Of a stretch of DNA of 32,000 nt, positions 8,458 to 16,002 are shown piece by piece. Source of the DNA: an uncultured Granulosicoccaceae bacterium (GTDB lineage: Bacteria > Pseudomonadota > Gammaproteobacteria > Granulosicoccales > Granulosicoccaceae); the NCBI GenBank assembly GCA_964481315.1, contig CAYZVB010000004.1:1-32000 (forward strand). Reading direction: 5' to 3'. The notes under the pieces are model-generated. The model saw only the letters and a list, made by a program, of their open reading frames with translations, was not told where the DNA came from and searched no databases. The position numbers and the translations under genes were made by a program. The stretch's first letter is position 1. Each line of letters starts with the position of its first letter.

Positions 8458-8832
8458 ATGTCTGAAAACACGCTGAAGTTTTTTCGCAAGGCACCTGACT
8501 CCGCGCAAATCGCCGACGAACCCAGTACCTGCAAGGAAGCCGAACCGTTTGCGTTAAGAGTGCTCGATGACAGCATGGAGCCTGAATTCAGGCGTGGCTG
8601 TATTATCGTGATCGACCCGACCGGACGTGCCACCGATGGCAGTTACGTTCTGGTGGAAGGGCAAACCGATGTGTTGTTCAGGCAGCTGAAAAAAAACGGC
8701 AGCGACTGGCAACTGCAACCACTCAATACACAGTACGCAGCTTCAAACGAAGTAAAGAACGATTTAAGTAACGTGATGGGCATCATTGTGCAGCGGGCCG
8801 GCGTCAGGCGCAGCTACCACAAACACTATTAG
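8458..8832 (+). CDS. Stand-alone S24 (LexA/UmuD-fold) domain protein without an HTH
   Basis: FALRVLDDSMEPEFRRGCIIVID ... DVLFRQLKKNGSDWQLQPLN ... VMGIIVQ parallels LexA [23 protein letters not shown] ... EVTVKRLKKQGNKVELLPEN ... GVIR. The ATG lies 3 nt after the yeeE stop. Confidence 0.75.
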   Translation: MSENTLKFFRKAPDSAQIADEPSTCKEAEPFALRVLDDSMEPEFRRGCIIVIDPTGRATDGSYVLVEGQTDVLFRQLKKNGSDWQLQPLNTQYAASNEVKNDLSNVMGIIVQRAGVRRSYHKHY

Positions 8833-8868
8833 CCCGTAGCTGTAGAGTCGCTGCCAACCTGTTTGCAG

Positions 8869-9552
8869 CTATACCTCTGACCACATTCGCAGCAGGTTGG
8901 TATAGGCCCTGTCTACCGTTGCAGTGACCTGAGCCGCTTTTGCTGATAAATGCAGTGCCTGCCGGGCTTCGTCAAGGTCACTGAGTATTTCACGTTGTTC
9001 AGCACTCCTCACCAGGCTTTGTGCCCACAACACACAGGCCAGCCGTTGCCCTGCAGTAATTTCGGTGACCTCGTGAAGGCTTGATGCGGGATACACTACG
9101 GCAGCACCTGCATCGAGCTTTACGTTAACCGGTCCGAAGTGCGTGTGTATTTTTAGTTCGCCGCCGTCGTAGCTGTCTTTGTTACTTAAAAAGACGGTCA
9201 CCGCAATATCGCTGCGATAACGCGCCGAGGCGCTTCCCATCACCGGATCGTCAACGTGTGGCTGGTACTGCATACCGGTACCATAGCGCGATACAAAAGC
9301 AGCAGATACCTTACTGGGCAAAGCAGCACGTTGAAATGTTTCGTGTTTATACAGCTTGGTGACCACCAGTTGATTAATGGTTTTCCAGCTTTCGCAGCGC
9401 TGATCCATTTCATCATTGTGTTTAATTTCTGCTGCGTGCGCACCTGCACTGTGCCGACCCGACTGCCAATCAGCGGTGTTAACCAGCTGATTGATTGTTT
9501 CAAGTTCGTCGGCGCTGAGTACATTTTGTATGGTAGTAAGCATAGTGTGCAC
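8869..9552 (-). CDS. PKHD-type Fe(II)/2-oxoglutarate hydroxylase (PiuC/YbiX family)
   Basis: It is colinear with E. coli YbiX: the N-terminus IQNVLSADELETI, the HVDD facial triad, SYDGGEL, VVYPASSLHEVTEIT, and the C-terminus YTNLLRMWSEV versus YHNLLREWSEI. Confidence 0.85.
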   Translation of the reverse strand: MHTMLTTIQNVLSADELETINQLVNTADWQSGRHSAGAHAAEIKHNDEMDQRCESWKTINQLVVTKLYKHETFQRAALPSKVSAAFVSRYGTGMQYQPHVDDPVMGSASARYRSDIAVTVFLSNKDSYDGGELKIHTHFGPVNVKLDAGAAVVYPASSLHEVTEITAGQRLACVLWAQSLVRSAEQREILSDLDEARQALHLSAKAAQVTATVDRAYTNLLRMWSEV

Positions 9553-9585
9553 TTATAAAGGATTTAAAGTGTGCTGCGTGTTTGT

Positions 9586-9614
9586 GTAGGGTGGATAAGC
9601 GGAGCGCATCCACC
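9586..9614. repeat. REP-like imperfect palindrome / hairpin between the two oxygenase genes
   Basis: GTAGGGTGGATAAGCGGAGCGCATCCACC has stems GGTGGAT/ATCCACC plus GCG/CGC. Its style resembles enterobacterial REP units (GTAGG..GGATAAG..GCATCC..). I saw only one copy in the window. Confidence 0.4.
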
Positions 9615-9648
9615 TTTTGTTACCCCCGCATGGGTATACCGACAATAG

Positions 9649-10227
9649 TCACGCAAACAACACCCAGGTTGTAGCAATATACTTCACACCCTGTGTGAGC
9701 GTGACGCCACGATGTTCATGCGTCCAGAACGGTGGAAACAACACCAGCTTACCGGCCTGCGGTGTGATTTTTAAATTCTGCAGTCTGAATTCTGTTTCTC
9801 CACCGGGGCCGGGCACATCATTGAGGTACCATATTGCAACCAGTTGTCTGTCACTGAACGAGTGGCTGCCGCTGTCGACGTGCCAGTGAAAATACTCGCC
9901 CTCATTGGTGCGCTGAATGGCGTACCCGAAATCTTTAAAGCGCCCCGAAAAAAACGGGTGCTGTGCGCGCATAAATTTTATGCCGCCTGCCAGTGACTGA
10001 AACAGTAACTGATCAATGTCTTTCCAGTGTGGCTTGCCGCTTATAACGAGGTCGGTAGAACGTTTAATATCCATATTAACGTTTTCTGTCTGGCCGATTC
10101 GTCCCTGGTATTGTTCATCGGTGGCCGATTCAAAACGATCAATAATGGTGCTGCACTGGGCGGCAGACAACGCGTTGTCGCGAACATAGATCTGCGTTGC
10201 CGGCGCGATCTCGTGGAAGTCATTCAT
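9649..10227 (-). CDS. Small 2OG-Fe(II) oxygenase (prolyl-4-hydroxylase-like fold)
   Basis: It has the HWHVD (HxD) motif and the distal FPPFWTHEHRG His, plus AIWYLNDV..GGETEF, which is typical of P4H-type double-stranded beta-helix enzymes. The start overlaps the upstream stop (ATGA at 10224-10227). Confidence 0.8.
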   Translation of the reverse strand: MNDFHEIAPATQIYVRDNALSAAQCSTIIDRFESATDEQYQGRIGQTENVNMDIKRSTDLVISGKPHWKDIDQLLFQSLAGGIKFMRAQHPFFSGRFKDFGYAIQRTNEGEYFHWHVDSGSHSFSDRQLVAIWYLNDVPGPGGETEFRLQNLKITPQAGKLVLFPPFWTHEHRGVTLTQGVKYIATTWVLFA

Positions 10228-11279
10228 GGTTGTTTTTGCACTGCCTGTTCGATAGTCGTTTTGTAGTCAAAGCCTGTACCGCTGCGGCTGAACTCTTCAA
10301 TCAGTTGTGTTGCGACAAACTGCCAGCGTTGTTGTTCGGTATTGATATGCGCTGAAAGCGCTTTGATTGGGTTGGTACTGTCTAATAACTTCTGCTGTAA
10401 ACCAATCGGTTCCAGTAGGGATTCACGAATACCCTGCAGCCCGGCCAGCCAGAAATCGAGATGGGCTGATGCCTGATGTTCTACGATGTATGGCCAGGTA
10501 CCGAGTGAGTCGGCCAGCAAGTCACCTACCGCTCTTATATAACCCTCACCGGGTTTTCCCTGCAGGCTGAGCAGCATGTTTAAATAGTCACTGCCGAGAT
10601 GTTTGTTGGCGTTGATCTCACCCTGTTCGTGGTGAATGAATACGGGGCTTAAGTCAGTGGCGGCAGCGGCAATCCGGTTGTCGTCAGGGTGGTTTGCATC
10701 AATGTGGTAGTGCGCAAGCAGCCGCGCCATTGGCCCGGGGTTTTTACGCAGGCGCCACTCTGCGGTCATTTGCCAGAGCATTCTTTTGATTGCATCGTGA
10801 CGGATAATAATGGTGCCGTCGCGTGACATGGCCGGCAGCGTGATGGAGTCACGCGCAATTTCACGACCGAGTTCCAGTTGCGGGTAGGGTGCATTGCTGC
10901 GCTGCAGGCACTCTGCCAGTACAAAGTGCGGTTGCCCCAGGCGGCCGTATCCTGCCGTGTATACCAGTGGTGAATCTTCCAGTGCGCGGTTAATCGCATC
11001 ACTGTCGAACGGATGGTATGCGGTTTTATTGATGGTGAGCGGTTTGAATTCTGTTTCTTCGATGGTGTCCCAGTAGTCTTCGGTTTCGCGCACCCAGTTA
11101 CCGAGCACTTCACCGTCGATAGGGCCATCGAGTGACAGGTTGTTTTTCCAGCGATAGTGTTCCTGCATGCGCAACAGGTAAACACACATGGAATAATCAC
11201 GTGCGAAGCGTGCATCGGAGATGTCGCAGTTGTGTTGCACTGTTTGCTGCAGTTTGGAATTCAGTGCCTTCATCAGCAC
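10224..11279 (-). CDS. Conserved-looking hypothetical protein (351 aa), function unknown
   Basis: Long clean ORF with protein-like composition, translationally coupled to the 2OG oxygenase. I can name no catalytic motif. His/Asp-rich patches are present (HYHIDANHPDD, FIHHEQGE). Confidence 0.7.
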   Translation of the reverse strand: MLMKALNSKLQQTVQHNCDISDARFARDYSMCVYLLRMQEHYRWKNNLSLDGPIDGEVLGNWVRETEDYWDTIEETEFKPLTINKTAYHPFDSDAINRALEDSPLVYTAGYGRLGQPHFVLAECLQRSNAPYPQLELGREIARDSITLPAMSRDGTIIIRHDAIKRMLWQMTAEWRLRKNPGPMARLLAHYHIDANHPDDNRIAAAATDLSPVFIHHEQGEINANKHLGSDYLNMLLSLQGKPGEGYIRAVGDLLADSLGTWPYIVEHQASAHLDFWLAGLQGIRESLLEPIGLQQKLLDSTNPIKALSAHINTEQQRWQFVATQLIEEFSRSGTGFDYKTTIEQAVQKQP

Positions 11280-11439
11280 AGCATACCACGGCCTTTTTTA
11301 GCAGGTGGCGCCTTTGTTTGTGCGCTTTATAAGTGGACGGGGTAACATAGGCAAAAGCATTAACCGGAGCAACATATTGGCGGGTCGACGCATAAGAGAT
11401 CGTTGGCATAACTCAACTCCCGAGCGCGATAACCGTGAT

Positions 11440-11967
11440 GTGATCGGCGAGAAGTCGTCAGATGATCAGGCCAGTGCGCTTGCGTTTATATTGTGGCGTC
11501 ACGCCCTGAACGGGGCAATCAATCTGCACGCAGAAGATTTTCGCTATGACTCTGATCAGCAGCGCATTGGTGTCATTAGTGAGTTGCTTGCGTTTCAAAT
11601 TCAACACGTTGACCGCCTGACTCACAGTTTTATTGATCAGCAGTCACGCAGTGCACTAATTACCGAATTGTGCAATAAAGTCGCGCAGCATATGCAGGAG
11701 AATTTAAGCGATATTGCGGGGCCGGGGAATTACATTCCACCGTTTATTGCACTGTTGAACAAACGCTTCGAAAGCTACGCCGAATTTTCCTACAACGATG
11801 ATATTCCGGGTTATGGCAGCTTTCGTTATCTTGGTCATCAGGTACTGGAGATCATGGGCGAAGATCAGGACAACCGCTGGGTGATTGATCAGATCATCGA
11901 GATTGATGCACCGGATATTACCGAACAGGTAACCAAATCGACTCAGCGTTTGTTTGGTCGCGACTAG
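11440..11967 (+). CDS. Hypothetical protein (~175 aa; the ORF is open from 11305)
   Basis: The frame is protein-like from about GTG 11440 (VIGEKSSDDQASALAFILWRH...). The first 45 codons of the ORF-track version are Arg/Gly-rich and overlap the divergent promoter region. The start is uncertain. The stop overlaps the convergent gene (CTAG). Confidence 0.5.
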   Translation: MIGEKSSDDQASALAFILWRHALNGAINLHAEDFRYDSDQQRIGVISELLAFQIQHVDRLTHSFIDQQSRSALITELCNKVAQHMQENLSDIAGPGNYIPPFIALLNKRFESYAEFSYNDDIPGYGSFRYLGHQVLEIMGEDQDNRWVIDQIIEIDAPDITEQVTKSTQRLFGRD

Positions 11968-12926
11968 TTTGCTGTGTAATCGGTTAACAGTTCTGTGCGG
12001 TCGAGTCCGGCCAGCTGTGAACGCCATTCGTTCTGCGTGCCGGCGCTTAGGTATAGTTTTAGCGGTTGTGTACTTTGCTGCTGCAGTGCGGTAATTGCGC
12101 TATTTAAGCCGGTTTTGTCGGATAATGGCTGGTAAGAAAACCAGTCGAATGCATCCGCCCAGCTGCGACACAGGTTATGCCGATAGTGGTTTGATGCTAC
12201 CCACAGCAGTGAGCAGTCGGGGTCAGTTTCGGTCGCCATGATATGTTCGATCATGGGTTTGGCGACTGCAAAGTTTGTATCTACCGTGACAAATACATGA
12301 TGAAAGCGGGTGAGTGTGTTGTCGTCAACGGCAAAGCGTCCATGCGGGCCTTCAACAGTAATGCGTTCACGCTTTGGAAGTTGCACAATTGCCTGCTGCA
12401 GTTCTGTGTGCTCCGCGCTTATGTGAAATTCCAGTGTGCCTGCTTCGCAGGGGCAGGTGGCAATCGGCAGCAGCTGTGGAGTGCAGCCGGGGATGTGTAT
12501 GTTTGCGTATTGTCCGGCCAGAAACCATAACGCCTTGCCGCGCAGGATTTTCAGTCGAATCACCAACACATCGTCAATGGTTTCAGCGTGGCAAATACGG
12601 GTATTTAGCTGCTGCAGTGGAATGTCTTCAGCGTTGCCTGCTTCGGTCACTTCAATGTCGATTGGTGTCAGTGCCTTATGGCTGCACAGTAAAACCACAC
12701 CGGCACTTTTCTCTGCGGCGGTGAGTGTGTAGTCGTGAAAGGCGGTGGCTTCGACTTTCCCCGTGACTATTCGTGCGCGGCATTCACCGCAGCTGCCGTT
12801 GCTGCAGCGATACGGCAATGCAATGCCTGCCCGCAGTCCCGATTCCAGCACGCTTGAATGCGGGGCGGAAATAAACTGTTTACCGCTCGGAAGCAGTGTT
12901 ACCAGCGGGTGCTGCGGGTCAGCCAT
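11964..12926 (-). CDS. 2Fe-2S ferredoxin domain fused to an FNR-like (degenerate) reductase domain
   Basis: It has a plant-type cluster motif, CSNGSCGECRARIVTG ... LLCSH. Downstream lie a beta-barrel plus Rossmann-like region with EGPHGRF. The RxYS and GGTGxAP positions read LPIAT and VDTNFAVAKP. Confidence 0.75.
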   Translation of the reverse strand: MADPQHPLVTLLPSGKQFISAPHSSVLESGLRAGIALPYRCSNGSCGECRARIVTGKVEATAFHDYTLTAAEKSAGVVLLCSHKALTPIDIEVTEAGNAEDIPLQQLNTRICHAETIDDVLVIRLKILRGKALWFLAGQYANIHIPGCTPQLLPIATCPCEAGTLEFHISAEHTELQQAIVQLPKRERITVEGPHGRFAVDDNTLTRFHHVFVTVDTNFAVAKPMIEHIMATETDPDCSLLWVASNHYRHNLCRSWADAFDWFSYQPLSDKTGLNSAITALQQQSTQPLKLYLSAGTQNEWRSQLAGLDRTELLTDYTAN

Positions 12927-13078
12927 TGGGTGTGCCTGCTGCCGCCGGCGCGAGGCTTTCGTTACTGAATGTCATTGTTGAGTCTGTGAGTGGTAGTTTG
13001 TGTACCGGTACAGCGGTGATTCCGTCTATCCTTTAAGATATATATGCTTGCGGTTTCGCACTGAGTTAGGCTATTGAA

Positions 13079-13282
13079 ATGGAACAATCTCTATACCATT
13101 CAACATTAAAAGCGATGCATGAGGCCGGTGTGGCTGATGCGTACTGTCATGGCTGGGCAACCGGTGCTCTCGGCAACCCTGCGCTGGAAGAACAGCGTGT
13201 TACCGATGAATATACCGCAGGTTTCGAAGATGGCAAAAACGGTGTTACTGACGCATTTGACCGCTGGGTAAAAAAGTCGTAA
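13079..13282 (+). CDS. Possible small hypothetical protein (67 aa)
   Basis: ATG ORF with protein-like composition and no CxxCH motif. The Shine-Dalgarno sequence is weak. Confidence 0.35.
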   Translation: MEQSLYHSTLKAMHEAGVADAYCHGWATGALGNPALEEQRVTDEYTAGFEDGKNGVTDAFDRWVKKS

Positions 13283-13421
13283 TTAGCGTTGTGTAATGCG
13301 CCCGGGGGCTCTATCCCTTTTTGCATATTATCTCGCCTGTTCGATTGGCTTATAGTTGGTTTGGTAGTGCCGGATAGGCAATTGTGCGGTCCGGTGCCTT
13401 CTACGCTCTGGGGGAGCAACT

Positions 13422-14687
13422 ATGCAAAAAATTAATCGGCGACAATTCAACGCGATCCTGGGCGCAGGCGTCGCATCACTGGCGCTGCCCTTCAATATCG
13501 GCGCGCAGGCCAAGCCCAAGGTGGTTGTTATTGGTGGTGGTGCAGGTGGCGCAACTGCCGCGCGTACCATGGCTATGTCGGGCGCTGTTGATGTCACACT
13601 GATCACCGCATCAGACTCGTACACCACCTGCTTCTTTTCCAATTTGTACCTGGGTGGCTTTAGAGAGTTTGAGTCTATTACCCACGGCTACGACAAGCTG
13701 CAGGCTGCCGGTGTGAACGTGGTTACCGGTTTTGCCACCGGTGTTGATATGGACGCTAAATCAGTCAGTCTTGAAGACGGGTCTTCCGTCGCCTACGACC
13801 GCGTTGTTGTTGCGCCTGGCATCGATCTCAAATACGACACTGTGCCGGGGTATTCTGAAGCCGACGCAGAAATCGCACCGCACGCGTGGCAGGCCGGAAC
13901 CCAAACCCAGTTGCTTAAAGCCAAACTCGATGCGATGGAAGATGGCGACAATATCGTGATGGTACCTCCGCCAAACCCCTATCGCTGCCCGCCGGGACCA
14001 TACGAGCGTGTTTCCATGATGGCGCATATGCTTAAAACCCGCGGCATGAATAAAAGCAAAATTATTATTCTCGATCCAAAGCCAAAGTTCTCGAAGCAGG
14101 GACTGTTTCAGGAAGGCTGGGAAAAGCACTACGCCGGCATGATTGAATGGTACGGCCCTGATGTACACGGCGGTGTGGTTAACGTCGATGCCAAGTCAGG
14201 TACGGTTGAAACCGACCTTGATGAATTCCAGGGCGCGGTACTGAATGTGGTTCCAGGCCAGCAGGCAGGTTCAATTGCGATGGCTTCGGGCTTAACCGAC
14301 GACTCCGGCTTTTGTCCTATCGATGCTAACTCCATGCGTTCGACAGTGAATGAAAACGTATTTGTTTTGGGCGATGCCAGTATTGCCGGTGCCATGCCTA
14401 AGTCCGGCTTTTCGGCGAACAGTCAGGCCAAGGTTGCATCCAATGCAATAATGGCGGAATTAACCGGTGCCGAGGCAGGGCCTGCCAGTTATTCAAATAC
14501 CTGCTGGAGCCTTATTGCTACTGACGACGGCGTTAAAGTAGGGGCACAGTACGCGCCTGAAGACGGCAAAATTGCTGCTACTTCCAAGTTCATTAGCCAG
14601 ACCGGCGAAGATGGAGAGCTTCGCAAGACTACCTACCTTGAATCCCTTGGTTGGTATGCCGGAATCACTGCAGATATGTTTGGGTAA
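13422..14687 (+). CDS. Tat-exported FccB/SoxF-like sulfide dehydrogenase flavoprotein
   Basis: It has a twin-arginine signal (MQKINRRQFNAILGAGVASLALPFNIGAQA) and an FAD GxGxxG motif (VVVIGGGAGGATAA). It also has PYRCPPGPYERVSM, GFCPID and VFVLGDAS...MPKSGFSANSQAK, as in flavocytochrome c flavin subunits. A GGGGAG Shine-Dalgarno sequence lies upstream. Confidence 0.85.
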   Translation: MQKINRRQFNAILGAGVASLALPFNIGAQAKPKVVVIGGGAGGATAARTMAMSGAVDVTLITASDSYTTCFFSNLYLGGFREFESITHGYDKLQAAGVNVVTGFATGVDMDAKSVSLEDGSSVAYDRVVVAPGIDLKYDTVPGYSEADAEIAPHAWQAGTQTQLLKAKLDAMEDGDNIVMVPPPNPYRCPPGPYERVSMMAHMLKTRGMNKSKIIILDPKPKFSKQGLFQEGWEKHYAGMIEWYGPDVHGGVVNVDAKSGTVETDLDEFQGAVLNVVPGQQAGSIAMASGLTDDSGFCPIDANSMRSTVNENVFVLGDASIAGAMPKSGFSANSQAKVASNAIMAELTGAEAGPASYSNTCWSLIATDDGVKVGAQYAPEDGKIAATSKFISQTGEDGELRKTTYLESLGWYAGITADMFG

Positions 14688-14717
14688 TAGCGTTAACTTC
14701 CGCGCTAACCTGAACCT

Positions 14718-14775
14718 CTCTGTCAGTAGTGTTGGCCAAGTTGTCAACTATAGTTGAACCACTCTACTGACAGAG
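14718..14775 (+). promoter_or_regulatory. 12-bp perfect inverted repeat spanning the fccB-like / pteridine reductase junction
   Basis: CTCTGTCAGTAG (14718-14729) pairs with CTACTGACAGAG (14764-14775). The 34-nt spacer itself contains TTGGCCAA and GTTGTCAAC palindromes. The right arm ends 2 nt before ATG 14778. Confidence 0.4.
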
Positions 14776-14777
14776 TG

Positions 14778-15500
14778 ATGCTGATCACCGGTGCGTCGCA
14801 ACGCATCGGTGCAGCTATTGCCCGCCGTGCGCATGAGCACGGCTATTGCGTTATAGTGCACTACCGCTCTTCTGCGGCAGCTGCAGCCAAGCTTGTACAA
14901 TCCCTGAATGATTCCCGCAGTAACTCCGCAATCAGTCTGGCGGCGGATTTTAAAGATTTACAGCAGTGCAGGCTGTTAATCGATGCCGCAGTTGCTCAGT
15001 GGGGCAGGCTCGATGTGCTGGTAAACAACGCCTCAGAATTTTTTCCAACCCCGCTCGGTAGCATTGGCACCGCCGAACTCGAAACGCTTTTTAATGCGAA
15101 TGTGTTTGCGCCGTTGCTGTTATCTCAGGCGGCATTGGCGGAACTGGGTCGTCACAACGGTGCGGTGGTCAATATTCTCGATATCTATGCGAAGCTTACC
15201 CATCGCGAACACAGCGTGTACTGTGCATCAAAAGCGGCGCTTTCCATGTTGACGCGGTCACTGGCTGTAGAGTCTGCGCCGCAAGTCAGGGTGAATGGCG
15301 TAGCGCCCGGGGCGATACTTTGGCCGGAAGGGCCAAGCGCCGTTTCCGACGATGAGCAAGCTAAAATGCTGGCGAAAATTCCGTTGAATAAAATCGGTAG
15401 TCCGCAACAGATTGCAGCTGCTGTAATGTATCTGTGTAGTGACGATGCACAATTTATCACCGGTCAGACCATTGCAATTGACGGTGGTCGAACGCTTTAA
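14778..15500 (+). CDS. Pteridine reductase (SDR family, FolM/PTR1-like)
   Basis: It has MLITGASQRIGAAIA, HYRSSAAAA, VLVNNASEFFPTPLG, YCASKAAL (YxxxK) and RVNGVAPGAILWPE. It sits upstream of folB-folK. The ORF track allows a TTG at 14754, but the conserved SDR N-terminus begins at ATG 14778. Confidence 0.8.
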   Translation: MLITGASQRIGAAIARRAHEHGYCVIVHYRSSAAAAAKLVQSLNDSRSNSAISLAADFKDLQQCRLLIDAAVAQWGRLDVLVNNASEFFPTPLGSIGTAELETLFNANVFAPLLLSQAALAELGRHNGAVVNILDIYAKLTHREHSVYCASKAALSMLTRSLAVESAPQVRVNGVAPGAILWPEGPSAVSDDEQAKMLAKIPLNKIGSPQQIAAAVMYLCSDDAQFITGQTIAIDGGRTL

Positions 15501-15629
15501 TTGCAGTGAGTATTGATGCTGCCGGTGACATCGCAACCCCCTGGAGCTGATACTTATTGTGTGCTGCATGCCGAGTGACGCACCGGGAGACTGCTGATAA
15601 GCGTAGTTTTCAGGTATATTATTTCCGCT

Positions 15630-15995
15630 ATGGATAAGATATTTATAACTGAACTGCGCGCCGAAACAATCATCGGAATAAACGACTGGGAACGCAAAGT
15701 TCGCCAGCCGGTGACCGTGGATCTGGAAATGGCCACAGACATCAGTCGCGCTGCAGCAACAGATGATATTCAGTTTGCACTTAACTACAAAACGCTTTCC
15801 GATCGGTTGGTGAGTTTTATTGAGGCCAGTGAATTTCAGTTGGTTGAATCATTGATTGATGGTTTGGCAAACATAGTGACCGATGAGTTTGGCGTGCCGT
15901 GGGTTCGCATCACGCTGCATAAAGTTGGTGCGCTGAGTAAAAGCAAAGATGTCGGACTGATTATCGAGCGTGGTGAGCTGGTTACAAAAAGTTAG
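15630..15995 (+). CDS. folB: Dihydroneopterin aldolase
   Basis: It is colinear with E. coli FolB: MDKIFITELRAETIIGINDWER versus MDIVFIEQLSVITTIGVYDWEQ, plus PWVRITLHKVGAL and VGLIIERG. Confidence 0.9.
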   Translation: MDKIFITELRAETIIGINDWERKVRQPVTVDLEMATDISRAAATDDIQFALNYKTLSDRLVSFIEASEFQLVESLIDGLANIVTDEFGVPWVRITLHKVGALSKSKDVGLIIERGELVTKS

Positions 15996-16002
15996 CTGCA
16001 CA

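Noticed and set aside
11305-11439. First 45 codons of ORF 11305-11967, and the antisense ORF 11197-11409
   Set aside because: The composition is basic, Gly/Arg-rich and non-protein-like. The region is better explained as the divergent promoter between the 351-aa gene and the 175-aa gene.
12992-13008. Similarity between GGTAGTTTGTGTACCGG (12992-13008) and GGTAGTTTGTACCGG in the terminator at 23625-23639, suggesting a dispersed repeat
   Set aside because: There are only two short copies, with an indel and different flanks. I cannot distinguish this from chance without a genome-wide count.
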